From Takakia lepidozioides (lineage: Eukaryota > Plantae > Bryophyta), in assembly GCA_030704615.1 (NCBI GenBank), contig CM060733.1, forward strand, positions 46,438,001 to 46,502,000: DNA of 64,000 nucleotides, in the 5' to 3' direction. Positions 22,681 to 34,960 of the stretch are shown piece by piece. The stretch's first letter is position 1, and every line of letters begins with the position of its first letter. The notes under the pieces were generated by a model. The model did not search any database, was not told the DNA's origin, and saw only the letters and a program-made list of their open reading frames with translations. A program made the position numbers and the translations under genes.

Positions 22681-23770
22681 ATGACTGCTAATGAAGGCAC
22701 CTTCTTCAATTTCACCTTGTTTTCCCCTCTTATCAGAATCGCCCCTAATTATTCATGTCTGAATTCTGCAAGTTAGCTGGTTGAGTGAAGCTTTGATAGT
22801 TTGGAGTGACTTTGACATGATTCTGCCAATGTGACAACATGAAAGTATCAGAAACAGGTAACACAGACGAGGAGAAGTTGTGGAATGAATACTTTTCTGA
22901 CCCCAGTCAATGGTGGGACAATCGAGGCAAGAAGGTGAATGTTTGTTGGATTATAGAGAGTAGCAGATGCAATTGAGCATAGGAACTAGTGTGATAAGTT
23001 GAGTTGGGTGCTTCCTAGAACAAGTCTAGGCTGTCATCGTCAATTGCTAACAACAAGGCAAGGTTGTATGCATGATTCGTGCAAGGCATGGATAGCTGAA
23101 GGAGCAAGGATAGAGTGTGGGTGCAGATTCACCCAAGAGGGCCGGACTTCAAGCTCCAGATTAACTATGAAGCTACAAGAAACCTGCATGGGTAGATGGT
23201 CAACTGGCAGCAACGGCACAATTGATCAAATCAGACATTGTTAATGAAGGCATCTTCTTCAGCACATTTCACCCTGTTCCCTCTTATCAGAATCGGCCCA
23301 AAATTTCCATGTTGAATTCTGCAAGTTAGCTGGTTGAGTGAATCTAGTTTGGAGTGACTTTGACATGATATTGCTATGTGACAACATGAAAGTATCAAAA
23401 AACAAGTAACAGACATGAGGAGAAGCTGTTGAATGAATACTTTTCTGCCCCCAGTCAATGATGGGACAACCGAGGCAAAAAGGTGAATGCCTGCTACATT
23501 TCAGAGAGTAGCAGACGCAATTGAGCATAAGAACTAGTGTGATAAGCTGAGTTGGGTGTTTCCTAGAACAAATGTAGGTTGTCATTGTCAGCTACTAGCA
23601 GCAAGGCAAAGATGAATGCATGATTTGTGGAGGGGCATGGATAGCTGAAGGAGCAGGGATAGAGTGTGGTCCAGATTCATCATAGAGGGCCAAATTTCAA
23701 GCACAAGATTACCTATGATTCCCTATGGATCAATAACTACAAGAAACCTCCATGGGTAGATGGTCTATTC
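22680..23770 (+). pseudogene. Tandem duplicate (about 555-bp unit) of a two-exon OSB-type PDF-motif module
   Basis: EEKLWNEYFSDPSQWWDNRGKK, GT..AG intron, IHPRGPDFK; second unit ...WDNRGKK, intron, IHHRGPNFKHKITYDSLWI. Confidence 0.75.
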
Positions 23771-24654
23771 CGTGGAACTCACTGAAGTCTTGCATTATGA
23801 GGATCAGAACTGCTTGGCAGCTTACTTGCATGAGGCCTTGACCCTTAGGCAATCCCCAGAGCACCAGTAGCTTTTGGGCTGCTTTTTTACTTTGTGTTTT
23901 TCATTTTGTCCCATAAGCTCTTTGAGCTTTCCGCAGATGTAATAAAGTACCATTTTGTTTTATTTCATTCATTTTCATTTCATTTTGTTTCATGACATGT
24001 CTTTCATCGTTTGTGCATTTCTAATGCATGATTAGTTCTCTTGTATGGCATTACTAGTCGACTCACTACAAACACCAAAACTCCAAAGCATGAATGACTA
24101 TGAATGATTGTTCAAGTAATTTCGAGCACTTCATGTAAAGTAGTAAAGCAGTGGTTGCGTCAACTTCCGCAGTTGCAATTGCCACTGGGTATGTAGCACT
24201 GCAAGTTATGTGGTCTATTACCACGTGGCGCCCCGGGCCCGTGGCCACGTGGCAGCAGTGCTGCTCGTCGTGGCGCCGCCACGTCGACGTCCACATCGTC
24301 GTCCACGTCCGCGTCCATGTGTCACTGCGCTTCGGTGAATCGGTCCACTCATCCGGAGGGAAAAGTCAAAGTCAGCCCTAAAGGTCAGACACACGGGCGG
24401 CCCGCCTGGTTACGCCACGTGGTTCTTCAGCATTAATCGCATTAATCGCTGAGCAGTTGCTCGTGCGTCTGCGTCCTTTACCACTCCAATCATTGGATGT
24501 CCAACCCAACTACCACGTCTGTTGTAACTAGTAGTTTGTAACTTCCAGTCGATCCCAGTTTTTTGACTTTTACGACTCAAAATGAGTCGTTACCCCAGTG
24601 GTAAATGACACGAATGCTTCTAGTGTGGTTTTCTCTCTGCTATTCCAAGGCTAG

Positions 24655-25668
24655 ATGACAAACTATTGCCGAGGTACCTTGGATATGGTGCAACCTCTGG
24701 TGGCTCAAGTGTTGGACGAGGCCCAGTTCGATACAATGTTGGAGAGAGCTCATCGCAAGTATCGGCTGGTTCCGGAGTGTTTACATGGATCTACCTATGT
24801 CTGGACGTAGACTGCAATTCAACAAAGGGTAAGCAAGTGGATGGAAGCAAAAACTTGGCCAGAGTTATTGACGGCCAGATGGGTGGAGGACTTGTACATC
24901 AATCAACCTAGTGCTACACAAGTCTTGCAGGTGGGGTTCGCGATATTCGAACGATGTCACTTTCCTACTAACTGGGAGTACTCAGAGTTTTTGGGCAGGA
25001 CGGAGAAGGTCTATGTGGATTCTGACGATAAGGTGCTGTCATGTTGGGAAGTGTTGTTATTGATGGGGCAGGATTATGGCCACACTGCAACGGGAGAATC
25101 GATTTTGAAGATGGGCACTCGATTGACACCAATCAGTGGACCGTTGCCATAGAATATTACAGGCCGATTTGGTGTATGTATGTGTGCGCGTTGTGGTCAA
25201 TGGCACGAGAATGACCACTTGACGTCCTTACCTTACAATTGGCCATTAATTCCGGGAGAGTTCAGTAGTGCGGACTATTGTGAGACAGCGTACAAAACGG
25301 TCCAGGGGCTGCATGCGAATCATTTTGATCCTTTGTGTTTTATGGCAGCCATCTTTAGCGCGGTTTTGGCTAAGTGGTGTCACTACTACCATGTTGTTAT
25401 TGATGTTAACAGGCCTATGTTGGGAGGACATGAATTCGGGTTAGTAGCCAAGTTATTGCATCACTCGGCAAGGGAAATGAGAGTGTTAGAATTGATGTGC
25501 TTGACTGGATTTCTTCAGTGTGCAGATTCTGCTATGTATGATGATTGGGGGCCTTCGCGATACCACCCATATATGGCATTCAAGCAGTTCCAGAAGGAAG
25601 GTGATGAGCGGGACCATCGTCGATCGCATGAGTCAGAGGGGAGGCGGGAGAAGCGGCCACAAAATTAG
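24655..25668 (+). pseudogene. Long orphan ORF broken by in-frame TAG stops, probably TE cargo
   Basis: Frame 1 reads on from about 24655 through ORFs 24841 and 25180 with TAG at about 24808 and 25150; contains CARCGQWH; its 3' flank is repeated at 264-408. Confidence 0.55.
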
Positions 25669-26407
25669 TTGCAGAAGATATAGTGTTTGCGAGGGCGCTA
25701 CACAATTAGGAGTAGGGCCATGTAGAATAATAGGAATTTCTGACTTAATGATAATTTTTAGAACTTTTTAATATCTTTCTCATCGATATAGCCTGCGATA
25801 CCTTCGATATTATTGCGATAGAGCAGTGTTCTTCAATATCTTGTATACAGTCGATAGTCTATCTTGGACTGAATGATAGAAGAGATGGATGAATAATTGT
25901 AAAGGATGGATGAAGGAGTTTGAGCGGTTATTACAGTTATTGAAGCGCCCTGCTATATAATGCGTTCATGAGAAGCAGAAAGTGTCAATTGAGCCAGAGA
26001 GCCGTGACCGGGAGTAGAGAGAGTAGAGTGAGTAGAAGATAGACTATAGAGTTATTCTGCAATGGTAGATTTAGTACTGCGTTCTTGCAGTGTTGTGATT
26101 TATGACTAGGAAGAAGAAGAAAAAAGAAGTGCAATTCACTTTGTGTATGTGTGAAGAATGGAGTGATGAAATGAGATTGGGATTCTGTGTGTAAGAACTA
26201 AAGAACCAGAATTATATGAGATGGTGTGAGTGCGCACATATAAAACAGATAAGAATTCGATGTGAGAATTAGTTTCTGGTCTATCAAGAGAAATATCGAT
26301 AGAGAGATATCCAAAGCTCAGAAGGAGCAGATTAATGAAACGAAGATAGAGAGAGTTTCCAATTGGGTTAATGATGGGAGTGCAACGGTGAATTAAAAAT
26401 CAATTGC

Positions 26408-26716
26408 ATGGCAGAGAGCAATGGTGAGGGAATAAAAGAAGTGTCAGAGTTGATCACTGGATTACCAGACCATTTATCGATAACAATCTTTCATAAGCTT
26501 TGTTGTAGTGATAAAGAAGTATTCTTATTGCAATTGGTCAATAAAGGATGGTATAAGGAGATATCCATCCTATACCGGAGTTGTTATTGGAAACATAGTT
26601 GCTTGCAGAAGTGGTATAGACCATTTAAAGGCTATCCTGAACTTATGAGAGAATGGAATCATAATTTTGGTGAGGAAAAATCACTAGAGCAACTGGAGAA
26701 ACAAAATTGGTGGTGA
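26408..26716 (+). CDS. Small F-box-like protein 1 (102 aa)
   Basis: ELITGLPDHLSITIFHKL...LVNKGW F-box-like signature; intronless. Confidence 0.6.
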   Translation: MAESNGEGIKEVSELITGLPDHLSITIFHKLCCSDKEVFLLQLVNKGWYKEISILYRSCYWKHSCLQKWYRPFKGYPELMREWNHNFGEEKSLEQLEKQNWW

Positions 26717-26729
26717 AGAATGATCGCTA

Positions 26730-27035
26730 ATGATGTGTGAAGGGGAACAACTAGCATATCCTGTAGAATTAATTACTGGACTGCCTAATAGTTTGTCTCT
26801 AGATATCTTTAAAAGACTACAATGTAGCGACAAAGAGATAATCAACCTATGGTTAATCAGTAAAGAATGGTATCGAGAGCTGTTGGCTTTGTATCAGAGA
26901 GATTATTGGAGGAAGAATATAGTGGAGCAATGGTATTTGATTTCAGCCGATGGAGCAGAGTTAATAGAAGATGGAGAGAATATTTATGAATATGGGAGAA
27001 TGATGATTGTGTTGGATGAAGATGACTGTTGGTAA
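26730..27035 (+). CDS. Small F-box-like protein 2 (101 aa), paralogue of protein 1
   Basis: ELITGLPNSLSLDIFKRLQCSDKE...LISKEWY; begins 13 bp after the stop of protein 1. Confidence 0.6.
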   Translation: MMCEGEQLAYPVELITGLPNSLSLDIFKRLQCSDKEIINLWLISKEWYRELLALYQRDYWRKNIVEQWYLISADGAELIEDGENIYEYGRMMIVLDEDDCW

Positions 27036-27149
27036 AAGTTGTTTCAAAGAAGGGATAGAGAGAGATATAATAGTCTGGCATCATTATCTATTAGTAGTAT
27101 AGTGCTTCCCTAGCGAACGAACTCTAGACTAATTGATCTTTTTTTTTAA

Positions 27150-27998
27150 TCTTAGTTTTATTCTACATCTCTTCTCAATTCTATTTCCTCAACAAGGCGT
27201 AAGAGCTTCTTTGCTCTGAATAGCACTTGCATCTAGAACTTCCATAATTGGAAGTTGTCTCCCGTGAACTTCTCAATACTCGTCACGTCCTTAGGATCTC
27301 TGTTCTGCTGATGCCATTTTTCTCTTCCTTACTTCTATAAAAGAAAACCTCTCGCGCAGTCAATAAGCAACACAGCACTAAGCGACAGTGGGCCCATAAC
27401 CTGTTGAAAATGAAATTGCTGATTACAATACTCACTCCAAATTTGCAGAGTTACACTAAGCTATCAAGAATCTCTCAAGTACTCAGAAGTACACATGCTA
27501 GCTTTCAGACAATTCATGATGCTCACATTCCTGTAGACAGAGCGATCTCCGCACTCTGGACACAACTACAACTAGCATACGTGACAAAACAAACCGCACT
27601 CAGAATTAGTGCTCAAGAAGCTAAGTCACTACAAGCTGGAAATATAAGGTTCAAACTGCAGTCGTGGAACGTGATGCCAGCAAGGATTGATAGACGTCAC
27701 TGTAACATCCTAGTTGGCATAGATAGCTAAACTAAAATAACCGGCAATGGTCCAGATGGCAATGACGGACTGGATCTTCAAATTCAACACTCCCCACTCA
27801 GTCAGACATTGTCTGCTTCAATGGTTGTGCCTGCTTTAATGGTTGTGCTTGCATAGAGAGATTGCTGAAGGATGCAATCCAAGCATGGAGCGAAAACGGA
27901 AGAACCATCTATGCGATCCTAGTTGGCATAGATAGCTAAACTAAAATAACCTGCAATGGTCCAGATGGCAATGACGGACTGGATCTTCAAATTCAACA
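27150..27998 (-). mobile_element. Ty1/Copia remnants: partial LTR, RNase H tail, PPT, LTR, PBS, gag start
   Basis: LTR TGTTGAA..TTCAACA 27402-27789; PPT gagtggggag 27790-27799; PBS ggttatgggccca 27389-27401; gag IEKFTGDNFQLWKF; partial LTR 27916-27998. Confidence 0.88.
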
Positions 27999-29100
27999 GC
28001 ACTTGCCAGTTCCAAGTCTATTCCGCTTCAGGTCAGTGTGCAAGCGATGGGACTCCCTCCCTTCTCCTCATTTTTTGGAACTCTGTAAGCAAGTCCCTTT
28101 GCAACAGGAAAAATATTTCTTTTGGTTTACTAGAAACCCAGATTTGATCACGCTCTATCATCGTACAAGCCGAATGTGGCAGCAGATAATGTATCCCCAA
28201 TATGTTACCAGCGATTTAAGCTCGCATACTGTTTTTGGAGGAGATGGAGGCTTGATTGGACTTGATGGATACAACAAACGGCTTCGAGAAGTCGTCTTCG
28301 TTGTGTGCAACCCTTCTCTTAATATTTGGAGACAATTGCCGGCCCTACCACCTTTCCGTGGTGGTGAACAAGTACAACAATTCTGGTTGCATCTTCCCAA
28401 TGTTGGCAGATGGGATTAAGTGAGGTGTTTGATGTGAAGGTCTTGGTATATGACTCAATCTCCAATTGCTGGTGTGCCCATAAAACCTCTCACATTCCAT
28501 CACATCATTCTCACCCTGACGGCTGGATGAGCAACAACTATGTGACTGGCAATTTTATGTACCGCTTGTTTTACAAGCATCCGCAAAATACTAGTGTTGG
28601 TGGGCCTGCACTGTTGGTATATAACATTGAGCATGGGCTAGGGAGAGAGCCTAGAGGTCTCTTTACCGTTAATTGCGTCTTACTATCAAGGAGTTGTTGC
28701 ACCTGCATATTTGATGGAGAGTCATAAATATTCAAGGCAAGGTGGAGGTCCTAAATGATAAAAGATGGTGAAATCATACAGGTTGTTTGTCTTGGTCTTA
28801 TTTTGTTCAGCCGTCTCCCTCATCCGACTTCCCTACACGACCAAGAAGGTCCACCATTGCAGCCGAAATGTTTCACGATATATAGGTGTGAGACCATAAT
28901 CTGGACCCATGGAAGCTAAGTAGTTACGACCTTCATCTCATGGCAGCATGCAGAGAGAACAGAATTGAAGATGATCCTGTCTGAAAGCGTTCCTTCAATC
29001 ATCACACTCCATCAGATCATATCTAGTTTACTTATATTGTTGAACAACCGACGTGTATCGTTTTTGCTCCCAGATTCGACATTCATTTCGACGAGGGCAG
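27999..29100 (+). pseudogene. F-box protein with beta-propeller-type domain, 5'-truncated by Copia and frameshifted
   Basis: LPVPSLFRFRSVCKRW; GGDGGLI; VCNPSLNIWRQLP; VYDSISNCW. Confidence 0.8.
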
Positions 29101-32100
29101 TCTCCAAGTTTAACACATGAGTCTAATCCAGCTTCAATGATTATACTTGCCCGCTTCCAGGAGTCCTGAACTGGCAGTACGCCCTCCGAGAAGGCACATC
29201 AAAGTGTCCCTAGCTAGCTGCACCCCAACATGTCGCAGTTGCTCATAGATTTTTAAGCGTGCCCTTGGCATACCCTGCCCTCATCATAGGCTATATAAAT
29301 CTATGTCGTTCTTGAAAGCATTTTGTGGCGTGCAACAACTGCGTGCTAATGTGTCCCGCAAATTATGATAGGCATGGATGGTGTATGGTCCTGTACAAAT
29401 TATGTGAGTTTCAACTGCTGAAAACTCATGAGTTTTGTGCAACCGGCTTTGTTGCTACAGTTCTCCTCCACGAACGAGGTTTTACGCCTCACTTCCAGGG
29501 GGGAAGTGGCAAAGGCCACTTATTATCGATTTCCACTTTGAACCAACTTGCTTATCTACGGGCAGGATAGAAAAGAAACATCATTTCAGAGATGGAAGCT
29601 CAGAATAATGTCCACTATTTCACAGCACAGTTGATTGCAAGAGGGGTGCAGCTCTGCAACTATTATGAGAGCTACCAATTAAGCATTTGCCCCCAAAAGA
29701 AGCTACCAAACTAAAGGAAAGCCATAACAAGCCGTTTATGGTGCTATGGCAAACCCTTGGAAAGCCACATGTTTAGTACTTCAGCGAAGTAGATGGAACC
29801 TTGGGAAATATGACAGAAGGTTTCACATATGGAATCATCCAACTCTAGGAGATCCATTTTGACAGACATGGAGCAAGGAAATATAGCTTATATCCCTTGA
29901 GGATCCCTTGTAGGTGCAATTAAGTAGCAACAGTACTCCATGGATCTTTCAGAATCAACAAGACTGATGGGACCGTAGTAACCTGGAAAGCCAAACCAGC
30001 AAAGAGAGAGAAATGAAATGAAATGGTGCTTTATCACGCAAAGAGAGAGAGATAGGGCTTGTCTTATAAGGGCAGGAATAGGACAAAACAGCCTTGCAAA
30101 GCAAGGCGCCATCACCTTATTTCTACATCACATATGTAAGGTTTAAATTGAAGTACCATTTGATGTAGGTAGATTTTGTAAAGCTCCAGGACTTCCAAAA
30201 CACCATCCAGACCTAACATATGTGAATACTTTAAACTTCACTTGAGGACTTCCAGGATTAAAACAGACCTGATATTCAAGAATCTGTTACTGTTTTCAGA
30301 AGTTCCAAAATCAGCCATCAAAAAACAAATATATACCCCAAGGGATTCTATTGTACCCTTAAATGAAGCTTATCATGTGGAGAACTGGGTGGCTGGTGGG
30401 CTTTTGGAAAAACCATGTCTATTACACACATAGCATAATAGATATTGAACTGGTAAGAATTATCTACTGTCCTTACATGACAAACCTTACCAGTACCCAA
30501 TCTGAGGTAGCTTCCTCTTTACCCTCTTTACCAAGGGTATGTGAGGGCTTGTGGAAGAACCATGTCTTGTAAAGCTTACAAGTCATAGTTAAATAAACTT
30601 TTTGAGTATTCTTCAGTCCCTAAGTTCTGAACAGTATGATGTAATCCATCTAAGAGTAGACAGCAGCAGGGAAATCCGAAGTGTTGCTATAGCAAGTCTT
30701 GGTTGTCGGAGAAATTGACAAGTTTGTGTGGAGAGTGTTGATACTATCTCTGAGTGTTATCATGACAACTGAAATTTAGCTAGTACATGAGCGTTGGTGC
30801 TGTTGAATCACGCCGGAAGTCCTGAATATTCCTGCAAATCCCAGTGAGAGGGGGTCTGGGAGAAGTTCATAGTTCTCACTCAATTCGATGCCCTGTTCGC
30901 GGGGTACTTTGTTGCTGGGACGTAGGCACAAGCTTTTCGATGCGAAGTTGCATCAGCACCTCATTGAACTTCAGAAGATTGGAGAAGTTCCGGATGACGT
31001 CTTCATTCGCCTGGTGTAGTGACATGTTTGAAGATCTCGTGGATTCCAGCTCTATTATGACTGACTGTTAGAGGTCTGTAACATCCTTGGTGCGACACAG
31101 TCATCCTACCGGCTTGTGGTATCGAAATATGCAGATCTCCTATCGAAGCTGTGAGCTTGAAGAACTCCTTTCCACAGTGCATTTGCAGTATTTTACTGAT
31201 TGTGCGCAGTTTTGAGATGCTGTGCGTAACAGTCCAAACTACCGGCCAGTTGGAAGACGGACGGCCTATGAACTGTGCTAGACCAGATCTCATCAACACT
31301 AGGTCTACTCTGGACAGATTCGATTGAGGAACCACAGGGAGGGAGGGGATGGCCCGTCCGAATGAAAACGTAGCTGAAACGTGGCACCTAGCATAATTTT
31401 CTCATTGAATGTTGATTTTACTTGGTACCTATACCTCTCAGATACTGAAAAGGCATGGTGGTAAGTCGTGAGGAAGAGATGAAATATGTACATGATTCAT
31501 CAAGTGAAAATTGATATTCATCGTCGTTCTCTTTATGCATCTATCACATCTCTCCGAAGTGCTGTTCCTCGAAACTCCGGACAATGTACTCATTCTCAAT
31601 GTGACATCTTCTATTTTTTCACTGCTTCCTCTGCTCGTAGAGGCTATCGATGCAACTACAGTTGTCTCCTGAAGTAATATAACAATGACGTGACCTTGTA
31701 TCACATCAATCTAACAAACATTGTTTTTTGTAACGCATAGTTGAATGTTCAGTTTGTTAAGCTGCTGGAGGGAGAAAGTTCACGAGTTTTCTGCAAACGA
31801 CTATGTGTGGGAAATCAGATGTGCTGACTGGAAAACTATCATTCTGTCTGTGAACCGTAGCTGCAATGTACACGGAAGCCTGACAGCGATTTTTCACAAA
31901 CAGGTCTACGCATGTTGTTGGGCTGCCGTCAGTGAGTCAGTGTACTTAACCATCTGCCCATGCAACAATACCCAGAAAGATTTCGCTGTTACAGCGAGAC
32001 CAGTTGGACATCATCGACCTCAGACCTCATTCGGAGCTGGCACAGACTTTCGGAATAGCCTGCCTCTCCACGGACTGCCTGGATCGCTGATCGCAGCTCC

Positions 32101-32719
32101 GCCCAGTGCACAGTTGGGTAGATCCTCCCTCTCTCCGAGGTCGGTGCCTACTCGCCGTGTAGGTCCAAGTATACCTCCTTACTACATACGCACGCTCCGC
32201 AGCCGAGAATGGATACAAAAGCAGAGCGGCCCTCCTGAAAGATGCTCTTCACTTTGGATGCTTCCTCGTGCTTTTCAAACATCAGTCACCAAAAGTGCCA
32301 CTTGGATCTACAGTAGTAGTATCTACAACAACTAAGCGCAACCAGCGATGGCCTGCTGGAGTTTGACCAAAACATTCAGTCAAACTCCTGCTCCGCATGG
32401 CACTGTTTGATGATCGTCCTTGGTAATAGTCAACCGCAAAAACCCTATATATGTCTGCCTTGCGTTCCTTTCCCACCTCGACTTCCAGCTGCTTATCTCC
32501 CTCTCCTTCTTTGCTACTATGTACACACCATCTGATATCAAGCAAGCGGACACGTTTAGCTTCTCTCTGTTGTTGGAAGCATAACTTCAGTTCGGACAGT
32601 CAGCTGCTGCTACTATACATCGGTGTTTCTGTACCCAACTCGAAAGACGTCAAGCACGCTCGTGATCTTAAGATTTCAATGTACATAGGAACACGACAAG
32701 ATGCAGGGGCAAACTGGCA

Positions 32720-34150
32720 GGACATGGCAGACAAGGTGCACAACAGTGTTGCTGTTGTGTTCATTCGTCGTTGCACTGACCTCTCGCATTACTGATGCCG
32801 CGAGTTGCTTGGCCTCTGAGAGAGATGCATTGTTGACGTTCAAAGCGGGAATCACAGTGGACAGCCAAAATGTGATCAGCGGGTGGGCGGCAACTGTTGA
32901 CTGATGCTCCTGGGTAGGAGTTGAAAGTGACAACCAGACCAAACCATCCTAGTTGAAGTCATCGGCCGATGATACGTCTAGTGCACGAGGTTGCCGATGG
33001 CTTCAGGAGTTGAATGTGACAACCAACCAAACCTGGGTGATCTGATGCATATTCAGAATTTAGACCTCATCGAATGGCTTGACTGGCCCAATTCCAGCAA
33101 GTATTGGCAAAATCAAGGGGCTCGGGAACCTCAGGCTCAACAACAACAAGCTTTCTGGACACATCCCAGCGATCCTCGCAACACTGAAAGACTTGGTGGA
33201 TGTAGACCAGTGTTGGCCGGGTACCATGTTTTGAGCCCTCTTCCCATCCCGGTTATAGCCTACTCTTTGAAAAAAATGGACGGCCGGGCAGGGTATACCA
33301 ATAGGTTTGAAAAACATCTCGGTTACAGGTTCTCATTAAACACATGAATTGTCCGGTTCCCAATTGTCCGGTTCCCAATCTACCGGTTATGTCATCTTAA
33401 AAAATGCCGGTTCCATGGTGCCTGTTATGGGATTCATCCACTATTATTTTTTTACTTTTTCTAGACGTTTTGTGTATGTGTGTAAAACTACACAAGAGGG
33501 CTGTGGCTTGGTGGTAAGCCACTCGTGTGTTGGCCTGTGGATCTGATTTTCAAATGTTCAACTCCTGTCATCTATCTCTGGGCTCTGCCCTTGTAATACC
33601 CTAAGCTTACAACTTACAACTATTATTTTAGCCAAATGCCCAAATAATTAATTTCCTATCTACTTGGACATTCTCCCTGACCATTGTAAATGTATTGTAA
33701 CTAGTAAGACATAACATTCCCCTCAGGATCTGTCCATATGTAATGTTCTTAACTACCATCACCAGCCCCTACATGACTTGTATTATCTAGAACCGCCTCT
33801 ACAACATCCACATTTGCTCCAGATCTTGCTCCGGGTATAACATCCTTACAATCACAATGCCGGTTCTCTAGCCGGTTAGGAAGCTCGATGGCTTTTGCCG
33901 GTTCCCTTCCATAGCCGGTTCCTCAAGGGCTACACTTTCCGGTTGTGCATATGTGCATAACCGGCAAATAACTGCCGGATATGCATGTCCAGATGCCATA
34001 CCCGTCCAACACTGGTGTAGACCTGTCCTACAATCGTTTGACCGGACCAATTCCCTTCTCAACATTTCCTTCAGACTAGTTTGTGGGAAACCCCGGGCTG
34101 TGTAGCTCTCCACTCCCTCCCTGCAAGCACCGCCGTCTGCTCTACACTGC
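32720..34150 (+). pseudogene. Secreted extracellular LRR protein (PGIP/DRT100-like) pseudogene
   Basis: CLASERDALLTFKAGI...CSWVGV (LRRNT); LTGPIPASIGKIKGLGNLRLNNNKLSGHIP; VDLSYNRLTGPIP...GNPGLC; stops, frameshifts and a MITE insertion. Confidence 0.85.
33208..34014. mobile_element. hAT-like MITE in the LRR gene
   Basis: TIR cagtgttggccgggta / tacccgtccaacactg (15/16); 8-bp TSD atgtagac / gtgtagac; subterminal accgg repeats. Confidence 0.88.
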
Positions 34151-34739
34151 TGATTTTCCAGAAGGCAATACCCACTTTGTAGGTTTCGCATTGTAGTGAC
34201 TAGTTTTCATCACAAGCATTGCTCTCATTGGACATATCCAGTTTAGACATACCCAGTGACATACCCTTTGGACATATCCAGTGGATGCCCAAAGGGCGGC
34301 GGAGCAGAGCAGCAGAGCTGTACATGCCCAGTGGACCAGATGTTTTTTGAAAGTAATTTCATAAGCCCTGGACCCAGAAACATATTTACTGAAGAGAGAC
34401 TGCATGCTGATAAGGTCGAACGCGTTACCAACTGCAGGAGATGCCACTCAAACAACTCCAAAATTTTATTACTTCATCACAGCAAACAGCATCGCACTTG
34501 CGGGATGGAGCTGTACTGAACTAGTCCTTGTAGTGTAAGGGCCTGGAATGCCACAATCACATAAATAAATATAGTCAAAGCCTTCAAGGGAGTCATACAA
34601 CTACAGGTGCCCTAAGCATAACATGACCACATCCTTAAAGGAGGGTATCACACGAGTGACATGGTCCCAACTCATGAAGTCTATCTCTATCAATGCTCTC
34701 TCTCTCTTGCGCTGCCCAAATCTGAACTACCTACCTTTG

Positions 34740-34960
34740 GCTCTGACTGAAATTTAAATTCAGGATGGAGCATCAATCTTTGAATAATCAACACATGCAA
34801 GGAGGAAAGGGAGAGTGTCAATGCCCGATGTGCGGGCGGCCTGCAGAGAACATCCATTTCCTGATACAATGTCTGGCATTCACCCTCTTCAGGACCATCG
34901 AGAACATAGTCCCTCCACCTCTGTTCACCAACATACATCTTGGGGCTTAGCCTAAAGCCC
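34740..34960 (+). mobile_element. LINE ORF2 C-terminal CCHC zinc-finger remnant
   Basis: CQCPMCGRPAENIHFLIQC. Confidence 0.6.

Noticed and set aside
24064-27104. CACTA element (cactacaaa...tatagtg) enclosing the orphan and F-box ORFs
   Set aside because: Ends match over only 5 bp, the 3-bp flanks differ (act vs ctt), and there is no transposase
30700-32335. Several ORFs (31003 minus, 31745 plus)
   Set aside because: No recognisable motif; cannot be supported as genes
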